Source: a virus
Reading direction: 5' to 3' (one strand)
Length of the DNA stretch: 64,000 nt
Virus record (IMG/VR): IMGVR_UViG_2791355197_000001
Location: 23,154-87,153 of that record
Shown here: in pieces, positions 1 through 9,700 of the stretch
How the letters are laid out: the number at the start of each line of letters is the position of its first letter
Numbering within the stretch: position 1 is the first letter of the stretch
Program-made: the position numbers and the translations under genes
The notes under the pieces: generated by a model
The model's database searches: none
The model's input: the letters and a program-made list of their open reading frames with translations, nothing else
What the model was told of the DNA's origin: nothing

Positions 1-321
1 CGGTTTCGGCAAAACCTCTGGCCGCTCCTTCGTTAGATCGACATAGGCCTCTTTGATGTCCACTGGGCCGTCGTAAAGAATGTGGTCGATGCCGGCCTCG
101 GTGAACGACTTCGAAATTTCGTCCATCGGTCGAGCGGCTTGAAGAATGATCTGTGTGATGAAGCCATTGGCATCATGCCTGACGAGCGTCTTCGTCTTGT
201 TTAGCGCCTCCGGCTCCTCGAGGGTGACCGGCTCGGCGCCGCCGGTGGTCGCTGGCACCGACGCACCGCCCGGAACGAACCCAGGAACAGCCCACGTATT
301 GTCGAGCGTCACCCCAGTCAT
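1..321 (-). CDS. Hypothetical tail-region protein, truncated by the window edge
   Basis: Read manually: ATG at 321-319 overlaps the stop of the upstream gene (ATGA); open frame MTGVTLDNTWAVPGFVPGG... runs to position 1. Confidence 0.6.
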   Translation of the reverse strand, partial: MTGVTLDNTWAVPGFVPGGASVPATTGGAEPVTLEEPEALNKTKTLVRHDANGFITQIILQAARPMDEISKSFTEAGIDHILYDGPVDIKEAYVDLTKERPEVLPKP

Positions 322-722
322 CCCGCGATCCTTCTAAAAAGGGAGTAATACAGGCGGCCCTGCTGATTGCCGAACTTAAACCGGAACTGAATGGCAGAAG
401 CGGAGACCGCTGCGAAAATCCAGAAATCAGTGCCACCACCCCGATAAGCTTCGCACTGGAGGTACTGCGCACCGGGATTGAGCAAAATGCTCGGATCACA
501 GTATCCGAGCATGAATGGCACCTCCGGCAATGTTTCTCCGAAGGACTGCGTCGCGATGCTATTGTTGATGCTGTCCAGCGTTCCACTCAAATAGAACTGA
601 TGGCCGGACCACCGAGAATCAAACACAGTCTGATCAAGGTTCGCGACCGATGCGTCGATGCCCGGCTTGCTGACGACGAGCTTGGCATTGGCGCCTCCCA
701 CCATGAGCACGCGCTGGATCAT
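318..722 (-). CDS. Small tail-associated protein, paralogue 3 (SKPG-x-D motif)
   Basis: 134 aa ORF coupled to its neighbours; LVVSKPGIDAS...FDSR resembles the two upstream genes. Confidence 0.7.
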   Translation of the reverse strand: MIQRVLMVGGANAKLVVSKPGIDASVANLDQTVFDSRWSGHQFYLSGTLDSINNSIATQSFGETLPEVPFMLGYCDPSILLNPGAQYLQCEAYRGGGTDFWIFAAVSASAIQFRFKFGNQQGRLYYSLFRRIAG

Positions 723-1159
723 CCGAGGCTCCGGTTGAAGATCATGTAGTCAACGTAGATGCCGTAAGCTTCGCTGACCGCATTGTTGAAGATCATTTGG
801 TTGTTGTAGATTCGGAAGCCGTTCGAGATTTCGTACCAAAGGACGCCGCTGATGGTGAGGTCGCGCGGTATCGCCATATCAAGCCGGTATGGGTACGAGA
901 CAAGACCAGAGTCGATGTAAGTTCGGAACGCAACGAAAGGGTTCTGCGGCAACGTCGCCGGGTAAGGTATCGCGACGTCTCCGCGGAGCGGTGGCAAATA
1001 GATGCTTCCCGAGTAAATTACCTGCTCGTTCTTGATGTCAGACTTGAGCAGGAAGCTGGCGGCAGCCGTCGCCGTGGCGACATCCGCCCCAGGGATTGAC
1101 AGCCACACTCCGTACTGACCGAGGGTCGGGTTCGCCCCCATCAAAAAACGGCGGGTCAC
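719..1159 (-). CDS. Small tail-associated protein, paralogue 2
   Basis: 146 aa ORF; WLSIPGADVA motif; abuts its neighbours. Confidence 0.7.
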   Translation of the reverse strand: MTRRFLMGANPTLGQYGVWLSIPGADVATATAAASFLLKSDIKNEQVIYSGSIYLPPLRGDVAIPYPATLPQNPFVAFRTYIDSGLVSYPYRLDMAIPRDLTISGVLWYEISNGFRIYNNQMIFNNAVSEAYGIYVDYMIFNRSLG

Positions 1160-1597
1160 TTACCAGACCTTCCAGGCGATATAGTACAGATTGTACACGC
1201 GCCCGTGCATCTGCGAGTACCTGGCGAATACCAGACCTGAATCAGCTGGCGTGAAACCATTCCTCTCGCAGAGTATGGCATAGGGTGATCGCTGGATCGC
1301 AGTCGAACTGTTCGCGTCCCTCATGACGAGAGCCTGGCCATACCCTGCTATCCCCGAGGTGAGGCTATATGGAACGATGTCGACGGCCGGCGGCGTTGGG
1401 TACGTTCCTGAGTAAAACACCTTGGCACCGCTCAGGAACGTGTAGGCGGGAATGAGTCCGACCTCTAGCGGCCTGCCTTGGTTCAGCCGGCTATCAAGCG
1501 ACAGATACTTGTAATCGACAGCGGGCGGAAACTGCGCGTCGTACCCTGGCTTGGATACGGTGACCCTCGTGGCGTCGATGTAGATCCTAACGGCCAC
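1160..1597 (-). CDS. Small tail-associated protein, paralogue 1
   Basis: 145 aa ORF directly downstream of tail tip; VTVSKPGYDA...LDSR motif. Confidence 0.7.
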   Translation of the reverse strand: MAVRIYIDATRVTVSKPGYDAQFPPAVDYKYLSLDSRLNQGRPLEVGLIPAYTFLSGAKVFYSGTYPTPPAVDIVPYSLTSGIAGYGQALVMRDANSSTAIQRSPYAILCERNGFTPADSGLVFARYSQMHGRVYNLYYIAWKVW

Positions 1598-1603
1598 GCG
1601 GCG

Positions 1604-4600
1604 TCACTCCGAAATTGTGAGCGTGCCGGTCGTGAGATTGAAGACAACTTTGCCATCCGAGCTCTGGATGATGCCGGCCGTCAGCGTTCCGACGTTTCCC
1701 GTGATGGCGCTTAGAGTCCCGATATTCATCATGCGCGCGGTAACGGTGCCGTCGAGATACATATTGCCGGTGAACCCGAGCGACGCGACGCCGGCGATGG
1801 TGCCGACCGTAAAGACAGGCTGAGGGGCTCCGCCGTTGTAACCCGGCAACTGGATCTGGAATTTGTCTGCGACGACGATGAAGCTCGAGACGCCAGCGCC
1901 GCCATTGATCAAGTTGAAGCCGGTCGCATAGCCGTTGACATTCAACGTCACGCCGTACTGTGCGGCGGCATAGCCATTCAGCGTCGCGACCGCGTTTGAG
2001 ACCGTATTGACCGTCGAGAAGCTGGGACCGAACGTTGCAGCAACCTGGCTTTGATATGAGGCCAGGCTCGTATCGAGATCTGTGAACGACTTCGCCACCG
2101 TCTGTGCGCTCGAAAAGCCCGGCCCCAACTGCGTTTGCACCGTGTCGATGCTGGTCGCCAGCGCAGCGTCCGCCTCCGTCATCACCTGCTGGAGGCTGCT
2201 GATGCTGGCGAACGCGGCAGCCGATCTGGATGACAGTTCAGACCTAACTTCCTTCTTATCCAGCCAGTTGCGTGCATCCTGATTGGCGACGATGCCCGTG
2301 ATCACCTGCAGCGCGTCGTTGATCGCCTGGTTTAGTTGATCGGTGACGTCGGTGACCTGCTTCTTCAGGGCCTCGTTAAACGACTCGAGCGTCACGAGAC
2401 CAGGCGACAGCTTGACCGTCGGAGCATCGAGATCGACGGTCGAATAGGCGCCGCGCATTGTCGCGTTGACGGCCTGCACCCGAAGCGTCGCGGCCGCCAG
2501 GCTGACGATGACGTCGAACTGGTTCTCGGCGCCCTCGTAGACCTGGGTCCAATTCTTGCCGCCGTCGTAGGTGATGCCGGCAACGTAGTAGATGGCGCCT
2601 TCGGTCGGAAACCAGCTAGCGAATAGCCGCGGCTCGGCGGTGCCCTGGCTGATGTATGCGTTGAGGCCGTAAACCAGCGGAACCTTGGCATTGGACGGAT
2701 ACTGCGGGCTCGGCAGGGTTGGCGGCGTGCCGAGATCGGTCGCATGGACGCGCTCGTCATCAACAACCAGACTGAGCGAGCAGGTGTCACCATTCGGCGT
2801 TCCGTTCAGAACCAGGCAGAGCTTCGACGCGCTCTCGCCAGTGCCGAGTTCGAAGGATGGGGGCTCACCACCATCCTCTCGCGCCAGAACCGCGGCCAAT
2901 GTGGTCGACTGCGCCGTTTGTGCCGCCGCCAGGCTGGTCGGGTCGAGGTTCGCGATCGCAGGGTTGGCGCCCTCGGAGCACACGACGGGACCGAAGAACT
3001 TGCCGTTCGGCATGCGCAACCGGATGTAGAACGGTCCGCTATCCCAGTTCGGCGCCGGATCCAGCGTTAGGGCATTGCCGGCGACGGCGACGACCGCACC
3101 ACCATATCCATATGCCTGCGGCAGCTCGGACTGCACACGGATCACGGAGCCGAGGGTGATCGCCCTGCCCTCGTACTCGACGCCGATGGTGACGTTCTCG
3201 CGGCGATAGAACGACTGCAAATAGGTGAACGCGCACTCGCGGAAGGCCTGCAGGCGATTGACGATGCCGTCAATTCGGATCGTGGTGGCGTTGAGCGAGG
3301 TGAAAGTGTCGCTGTTCGGCGGGTACTGGACTTGCGCCGCCAGCCAGGTGTTCTCGTCGACATATTCGAGGATGACCGCATCCGGATCCTCCTCGCCGAG
3401 CATCGTGAAGTCGATCGCGATCGAGTCCCGCACGATCTCGCGATCGGTGAGGAGCATTGTCGGGACATCGCGCCACTCATCGCGAACGATGGAGACGGTA
3501 TCCCCCAGCCAGAAGTGCTTTGCGCGCGCAACGGCAAGGATCTTGTCGAAGGCGTCCGGCACCGCGACAGCGGAGTCGAAGCGGAAATCGAACGTGTCGC
3601 CTCGGCTGGTGCAGCCTGCCGCAAAGTTCACGACGGCGTTGAAATCGACTTTCGAAATGCCGAGACCCGAACCGTATTGGGTGCTCGTGACACTGTCGAA
3701 GAAGGCCCAGCCCGGATTCCTCGTGGCTTGCAACACGAAGGCGGATCCGTTCCAGACCTGCAGTTTCCGGGTTGCCAGCACGCCGAACTTGTACGAGCCC
3801 TGCGTCGACTGTGACGCCTTAATCCGGATCGCAATGGTCGAGACGTCCGGGAACGAATTGTTGCCTTTCAGGAATGATCTCAGACCGGCCCAGATCACCG
3901 AGTTGGAGCCACCGGTGCCGGCGAGCTCGGCGTCCTCGCGCCTGAAGCGGACCAGGTACCGCCCCGGGACGACGTCTACCTTCACGCTGTTGCGGACTGG
4001 CGCCTGCGATGCGTACTGAAACGACTGCGAGAACAGCGTAACGAACGGACCGGTTTGGTTGCCGGCGTCGTCGCAGGTGGCATATTCGGCCGTAAGCCCG
4101 ACGTTCGAGTACCCGATCGAGTTGTCCTTGCCGCTGATGGTGAAGCAGCCGGCCGGGAACGCGAAGTCCACGGCGATCGACTGAGAAAGCGTGCCGGCAG
4201 GGTTGGCGACAAACGGCCCGGCCCAGGCGCCTGGTGCCGTGGCCGAGGGCGGTAGCGGCGCACCCATGGCATCGTATTGACCGCCTGACGTACCGGTTCC
4301 TGAAGGCAGTTGCTGACCGTTGACCTCGATCGACTGGTCGACGTTGGTTGGAAATAGCGTGACAGTCGCGCCTGGCTCGTAGAACGCCACCTGCGCGCCG
4401 GCGAATGACGCCGAAACACCGCTGACCGGATCCCAGAAGATCGTGTCGTCGACGTAGATCTTCTCGTAGGACATGCTGCCCATCGAGACCGACAGCAGCA
4501 GGTTGAGGTATTGGTCGTTGCCGACGAATTCGGCCCATGGCGTCGCCGCGAAGTCGGGGAACGCCTTCAGGCGGCCGTACCAAACCGGCAGCGGCTGCCC

Positions 4601-5203
4601 CAGTTTCGCGACGTTGCCCTGCGCCGTCACCGAATAGATCTGGTCCGGCGTCGCGTTCGGCGAGTTGGTCGCGCCAGCCTTCGGCAGGATCAGGGCATTG
4701 ACGAGCAGTGTGCCGCCGATGGCGAGACCGGCGCCGAGGGCCGTGGCGCCGAAGCTGCCGGCGGTGAGACCGAACAGGCCGACCGGCGCCCAAAGCGCGA
4801 ATGCGGACACCGCCACCAGGGCGACGATGCCGATGATCTGCTTGACGGCATTCCCGCCCTGCCCGCCACCGCGCGGGAAGCTGAGGAAGCGGACCTGGTC
4901 GTCGGGACCGATCCGGCGGTGACGCCATTCCTTCCTCAGCACCGCCTCGCCGTTGATCTCGAGGATGGTCGGCAGGCCCTTCGCGAACTGCCAACCATAG
5001 GTGCGATCGCGCCAAGCCCAGTTAGTCCGGCGCAGGAAGGACGTCACGGTCTCGCGTGAGCGCGGTTGCGCGCGCGCGACCTCGAGACCCGGCATCACGA
5101 GATGCAGGGCTGGATTGCGGGTACCGCGCTCACGCCGACGGCGGTCACGCGGCCGCGGCACCGGCGCGCGAGGGGCCAGAACTGGCTTCAGCGATCCATG
5201 CAT
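1604..5203 (-). CDS. Tail tip / host-specificity protein (lambda J-like, DUF1983-like C-terminus)
   Basis: 1199 aa; N-terminal ubiquitin-like tail-assembly segment plus hydrophobic stretch, AKLGQPLPVWYG motif, C-terminal YGVTLNVNGYATGF...ADKF; position after NlpC/P60. Confidence 0.85.
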   Translation of the reverse strand: MHGSLKPVLAPRAPVPRPRDRRRRERGTRNPALHLVMPGLEVARAQPRSRETVTSFLRRTNWAWRDRTYGWQFAKGLPTILEINGEAVLRKEWRHRRIGPDDQVRFLSFPRGGGQGGNAVKQIIGIVALVAVSAFALWAPVGLFGLTAGSFGATALGAGLAIGGTLLVNALILPKAGATNSPNATPDQIYSVTAQGNVAKLGQPLPVWYGRLKAFPDFAATPWAEFVGNDQYLNLLLSVSMGSMSYEKIYVDDTIFWDPVSGVSASFAGAQVAFYEPGATVTLFPTNVDQSIEVNGQQLPSGTGTSGGQYDAMGAPLPPSATAPGAWAGPFVANPAGTLSQSIAVDFAFPAGCFTISGKDNSIGYSNVGLTAEYATCDDAGNQTGPFVTLFSQSFQYASQAPVRNSVKVDVVPGRYLVRFRREDAELAGTGGSNSVIWAGLRSFLKGNNSFPDVSTIAIRIKASQSTQGSYKFGVLATRKLQVWNGSAFVLQATRNPGWAFFDSVTSTQYGSGLGISKVDFNAVVNFAAGCTSRGDTFDFRFDSAVAVPDAFDKILAVARAKHFWLGDTVSIVRDEWRDVPTMLLTDREIVRDSIAIDFTMLGEEDPDAVILEYVDENTWLAAQVQYPPNSDTFTSLNATTIRIDGIVNRLQAFRECAFTYLQSFYRRENVTIGVEYEGRAITLGSVIRVQSELPQAYGYGGAVVAVAGNALTLDPAPNWDSGPFYIRLRMPNGKFFGPVVCSEGANPAIANLDPTSLAAAQTAQSTTLAAVLAREDGGEPPSFELGTGESASKLCLVLNGTPNGDTCSLSLVVDDERVHATDLGTPPTLPSPQYPSNAKVPLVYGLNAYISQGTAEPRLFASWFPTEGAIYYVAGITYDGGKNWTQVYEGAENQFDVIVSLAAATLRVQAVNATMRGAYSTVDLDAPTVKLSPGLVTLESFNEALKKQVTDVTDQLNQAINDALQVITGIVANQDARNWLDKKEVRSELSSRSAAAFASISSLQQVMTEADAALATSIDTVQTQLGPGFSSAQTVAKSFTDLDTSLASYQSQVAATFGPSFSTVNTVSNAVATLNGYAAAQYGVTLNVNGYATGFNLINGGAGVSSFIVVADKFQIQLPGYNGGAPQPVFTVGTIAGVASLGFTGNMYLDGTVTARMMNIGTLSAITGNVGTLTAGIIQSSDGKVVFNLTTGTLTISE

Positions 5204-5224
5204 GTCAGTCAGAAAGTCTTCGTG

Positions 5225-5443
5225 TCAGCGCCGGACCTTGGAATCTCGGATCGTGAAAGTGCCGGACGCCAAATCGATGGACAGGCTGCCATCGGCAGAA
5301 CGCAATATTCCAGCGGTCACGGTACCCAGATTTGCATCAACAGCACGCGGCGCCGCGGCCTGCGATGCTGGAGCCGTCCTGAACAAGGCCGGCCCAAAAA
5401 CAGGGACTGCAAACAGCGCTGAAAGGAACGAACGACGGCGCAT
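5225..5443 (-). CDS. 72 aa protein with Tat-like signal (MRRRSFL) and a copy of the J C-terminal motif
   Basis: ATG at 5443 with GGAGA upstream; 15 of 30 residues identical to the last 30 aa of J by manual alignment. Confidence 0.6.
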   Translation of the reverse strand: MRRRSFLSALFAVPVFGPALFRTAPASQAAAPRAVDANLGTVTAGILRSADGSLSIDLASGTFTIRDSKVRR

Positions 5444-5444
5444 G

Positions 5445-5861
5445 TCATGTCTCCATTGGTTCGAAAAACGTGAGCTTCTTCCAGCCCATTTGCCGCAGGG
5501 CCAGAACGGTTTCGCAGGCGACGCCCTGCCTCTCATCGCAGTGGATGACCCGCTGCTCCGACTGCAGCCAGACGCCGATATGCGCCGGCACCCGCAGGTG
5601 GGCCATGAGGACGAGCGCGCCATCCGCAGCGACGACAAGACCGCCGGGCCCCTCTGGCACTTCTCGCCACAAGCCCCGCTCGGGATGCCCCTCGAAGGAT
5701 TCCAGCACCCAGCGCTTCGAGAAGCCGCTCGGCACTGAGACGTGCGGAAGATCGCGCCCGAACAGTTCCTTTTCGACGTGGCAGGCAAAATCCCAGCAGT
5801 TTCGCGTCTGCCATGCCCACGGCTCGCCGATGAGCGGCGCCAAAAACTCGGAACGCGTCAT
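5445..5861 (-). CDS. NlpC/P60-family tail assembly peptidase
   Basis: NCWDF catalytic Cys motif and HIGVW...IHC; start at 5861 overlaps the upstream stop. Confidence 0.85.
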   Translation of the reverse strand: MTRSEFLAPLIGEPWAWQTRNCWDFACHVEKELFGRDLPHVSVPSGFSKRWVLESFEGHPERGLWREVPEGPGGLVVAADGALVLMAHLRVPAHIGVWLQSEQRVIHCDERQGVACETVLALRQMGWKKLTFFEPMET

Positions 5862-6385
5862 GAGGGCAGCAGGCTCGGGAACTGGATGTAGTCGTAGTTT
5901 TTCGTGAGGCGCGGAAACCGTTTGTTCTGCAGGTTCTTCACCATCACGGTGCCGGTGATCGAGGTGCCTACCACCTTGACGTTGCGGAGCTCGAACTCCA
6001 CGGCGCCATACGACGGCTGCGTGAGATCCGAGGCGAGATATTCGCGGTACAGGACCGAGATGTATTCGCGGTACCCGAGCGCCGCTCGGATCTTCGGGAG
6101 CAACTCGCGATTGACGTTGTCGATCTTGATGTTGGTCTGCGGCGGCTGTCCCTGCCGCTGTTCCGGATACGTCGACTCGAACGGGCACGCGATGAACGTC
6201 ACCGTCTCGCCGGCATTGCGCGGCGCGGCCAACTCGATGCCGAATGTCATGTCGTCGCCGACATTCGCGACAACCCGCGCCGCGACATCGAACGATGACT
6301 GCCAGATCTCGAGCGTGTGGTAGACCCGCGCGCTCGGCGGGCACGACGCATAGGCCTCGAGGAGCGCTTCGTTATGCGTCGCCAT
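5858..6385 (-). CDS. DUF1833-like minor tail protein (gpL position)
   Basis: 175 aa; YASCP...TLEI, FIACPFE, IDNVNREL pattern; synteny. Confidence 0.75.
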   Translation of the reverse strand: MATHNEALLEAYASCPPSARVYHTLEIWQSSFDVAARVVANVGDDMTFGIELAAPRNAGETVTFIACPFESTYPEQRQGQPPQTNIKIDNVNRELLPKIRAALGYREYISVLYREYLASDLTQPSYGAVEFELRNVKVVGTSITGTVMVKNLQNKRFPRLTKNYDYIQFPSLLPS

Positions 6386-6756
6386 CAGAGGTCAAACACC
6401 ATGAGGGTCATGGTGGCGGCGATGCGCTGCGACGAGGTCGGCACGTAGCTCGGCTTGCCACCCTTTGCGAACTTGCAGGTCTTCGTGACGTACGCGGAGC
6501 CGAGCCAAACTGGCGCCGTGAACCTGCCGGAGCCGTTGTTGAGCGTGTCGCGCACCCAAGCCACGAAAACGTCGTGCTCGGCGTTGGTGAGGCTGATCGT
6601 CTGCACGACGGTCCCGACGTTGTCGCCAGGCCGCGGCCGCTCGCGGGTATTGCCACCTTCCATATCCGTCGCGATCGGATCGAGGAACCGCTTCTGGATC
6701 TGGAAACCGCTTTTCTGCGGTCGGCTGTTGACAGCGGGCCACGACGGAAGAGCCAT
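6385..6756 (-). CDS. Distal tail protein (gpM position)
   Basis: 123 aa immediately after the tape measure; DMEGGNTRERPR, LNNGSGRFTAPVW. Confidence 0.7.
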   Translation of the reverse strand: MALPSWPAVNSRPQKSGFQIQKRFLDPIATDMEGGNTRERPRPGDNVGTVVQTISLTNAEHDVFVAWVRDTLNNGSGRFTAPVWLGSAYVTKTCKFAKGGKPSYVPTSSQRIAATMTLMVFDL

Positions 6757-6759
6757 GAA

Positions 6760-9700
6760 CTAACTCCCGAAACCCTTTTGGCGTGACGAAATGGCCTGAG
6801 AGATCGGGCCATTTCTTGCCGCGTCGTCGACCATGAGACCGGTGACAGCGTTCTTGAACACGACGTCGACTTGCGTGCCGTTGTTGGTTCGGCTGACGCT
6901 GGTTTGAGGATCCGAGCCCGACGGCGCGTTGTAGATGTTCACGACGACATTGCCCGAGGCGGCGTTGTCGTTCGCGGCGCCTCCGATCCCGCCGGCGGTG
7001 ACACCGAGGCGGCCGTCGGGGCCGCGTCGCAGCGGCATCACGGCCTCCGGGCCGGCCTCGCCCATCAAGCCGGTGCCGCCGTTCGCCATCGGGAAGAGCA
7101 CCGGCCGGGTGACGACGCCGCCGCGCGCGAACGGCACGATGTTGCCGCGGGCGAAGATGTTGCCCAGCGCGCTCGGCGCCACCGGGCCGAACAGGTTGCT
7201 GCCGGCGGTGCCGGGCGAGCCGAAGGTGACGCCAGCGGAACCGAGGAGCGACCCGAAGTCGGCGCCGCCGCCGAGACCGCTGAACGAGCTCTGGAGGCTG
7301 CGCATCAGCGGACCGACGACCATCAATTTGATGATCATCTCTTCGATCGCTCGGATCACCAGCTTCGAGGTGTCCGAAATAGCCTGGCCGAAGCTCTTGG
7401 TGCCGTCGATCGCATCGGTGAACCCGGTCACTAGATCGCTGGAAACCGTCGAGGAGACCTGGCTCAACGCCGCATTGGTGCGCAGCCCTTGCGCCTCGAC
7501 CGAAGCCAACGCCGTCGCGACATCCGGATAGACCGTCTTCAACTGCTGTGCGATCTGAACGTCATCGGGCGACAACAGCGCGGTCTGCCGGCCGATCCGG
7601 ATGTCGTTCTGGACCTGCCTCAGGGCGTTCGCCTGCGCCGCGGCGCCCAAGGCCTTGGCCTGAGCATCGATCGCGGCTTTGTCCTGGTCGGTCAGTTCCT
7701 TGTGGTTGCGGACCGCATCGGTGAGCGCGGTCATCCGGGCGGTATATTCGGCCGCGGCACCGGCGGACATGCCGATCGTCGCGGTCTGAATCGTGGTCGC
7801 GTCCGCTTGCGCCTTGATCTGGAGCGAGCCGTCGGCCTGTGCGCGGGAGAGCGCCAATTGGTCCTTGATCTGCTTGTCGGTCAGCCCGGCACCGGCTTCC
7901 TGGGCCCGCTGGAGCTCGAGCGTCTTCTGCTTGACGCTGTCCAAGACGCTGGCCGACTGGCCGAGCGCCGACATCCGCGCCGACTGGACGCTGGACGCGA
8001 TGTCGAGTTGGAGGGCCGACGTCGCGCGGCCGGTGTCGGCCGGTGAAGCATTGATCTGGGCCGCCTTGGTACGGATCTGCTCGAGCCCGGCGGCAAGGCG
8101 TTCCGCGGGGCTGGCCGCGGCGCCGAGGAATTCGACGAGGGCATTCTTCGGCAGGGCCGCCAGCGCGGCGCTGGTCGCCGCGATAGACCGCTGGAGCTGG
8201 TCCATGGTCTGGCCGACCTTGGCCAGCTTCTGATCGACGTCCGGAGCCGCGGCGAGATCCTGGAGCAGCTTTAGTTGGTTCTGGAGATCCTGCGTCTGGC
8301 CGATGATCGGCAGCGCAGTCCGGATAGCCTGCTGCTGCGCCAGCGATTGCTGCGCATTGCGCGCTTCGTCAGCGGCGGTCTTCTGGCGCTGGAGCGCGGC
8401 GGTGAGCTTGTCGACCTGCGCCTGGGCGGCGGCGACCGCAGCGGGGTCAGCGATGTACCCCAGCGTTCCGGTCTCCGGATTGACCGTCCGGCCACCCGTC
8501 TTCTGCAGAAATTCGAGATTGCGCTGGGCCGCCTGGAGTTGCGCGTCGAGCGTCTGCACCGGGTTCAAGACATTGTAGATGCTCTTGCCGATCGAATCCC
8601 ATGCATTCGAGACCGTGTTGCCAAGCGCCGTCCACGCAGTCCGCGTTGTCGAGACGGTGTTCGCGACGTCCAGCAGGCTCGACTTCACGCCTGCCGCAAG
8701 AACGACCTGTGCAGCATAGGTCTTGTTCTGAGCGACGAGGTTCGTGATGTTCTGCTTCGTCGCGGCATCCAGGAAGCCGAGACGCTGATTGAGGTCTTCG
8801 GCACCCTTCACCGGATCGGCGAACGCCTGCGCCAGCATCTTTGCCGCTTCCGTGGCGTCGACGCCGAAGATTGTCGAGATGTCCTTGCCCATCTGGACGA
8901 TCGGCAGGATGTTGTCGTTGGCGATCTTGCCAGTCTCTGCCAGCGTCGCCGCGAATGACCGCGCCTCAGCGACCGAGAGTCCGGACCGGGAAGACCCGGC
9001 ATCAGCGATCGAGTTAATGCTGCCCGCGGTGGCGCCGCTGGCGCGGCCGGACCCGAGGAGCGACCGATTCACCTCCTGCTGCTTGTCCTGAAACGAGATC
9101 AGCGCAGCAACGCCAAGCCCGATCGCGCCGGCGATGCCGCCCCACACCAGACGGCCAACGCTGAGCAGGCTCAAGAACTTCGACCCGATCACGCTCGCGA
9201 AGTCCACGATGCTGGCCTTCGACGACTGGAAGATTTGGAAGACCTGGCCGCCCTGCTGGGCGAGGATCATGAACGGGGACTGCCCGAGCGCGAGGCCGGT
9301 CAACACGTCGTTCAGCTGATAGGAGAGGTTGACGAGCTCGCCGGACGCGACACGGCCCGTGGTACTGGCGTTCTTCAACTGCTGCTGGACGTCGGTGAGC
9401 CGCTTTGCCAGCATCACCTGCGCCTGCTCGTACTCGCCGGTCGAGATGTAGCCATCGTTCAGCAGCTTCTTGTAGGAGGCCATTTCGGCACCGAGTCGCG
9501 TGAACTCGGTCTCCAGCGGCGCGATCTTGGCGCGCAACTGCTCCGCCGCGGCGGTCATCTTCTGCTCGGCCGCGATCGCTTCATCGAACTCGGCCGCCAT
9601 GGCTGCACCGGCGGCATCGATATCCATGAAGGCTGCGGCCGAGGCTCTCGCCGATTTGGTGACTTGGTCGTAGCCGTAGGCCTGCGCGATCGATTGCTGC

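Noticed and set aside
1604-5443. Diversity-generating retroelement (TR/VR pair between the 5225 ORF and the J C-terminus)
   Set aside because: The two copies differ at many non-adenine and synonymous positions, and no reverse transcriptase is visible.
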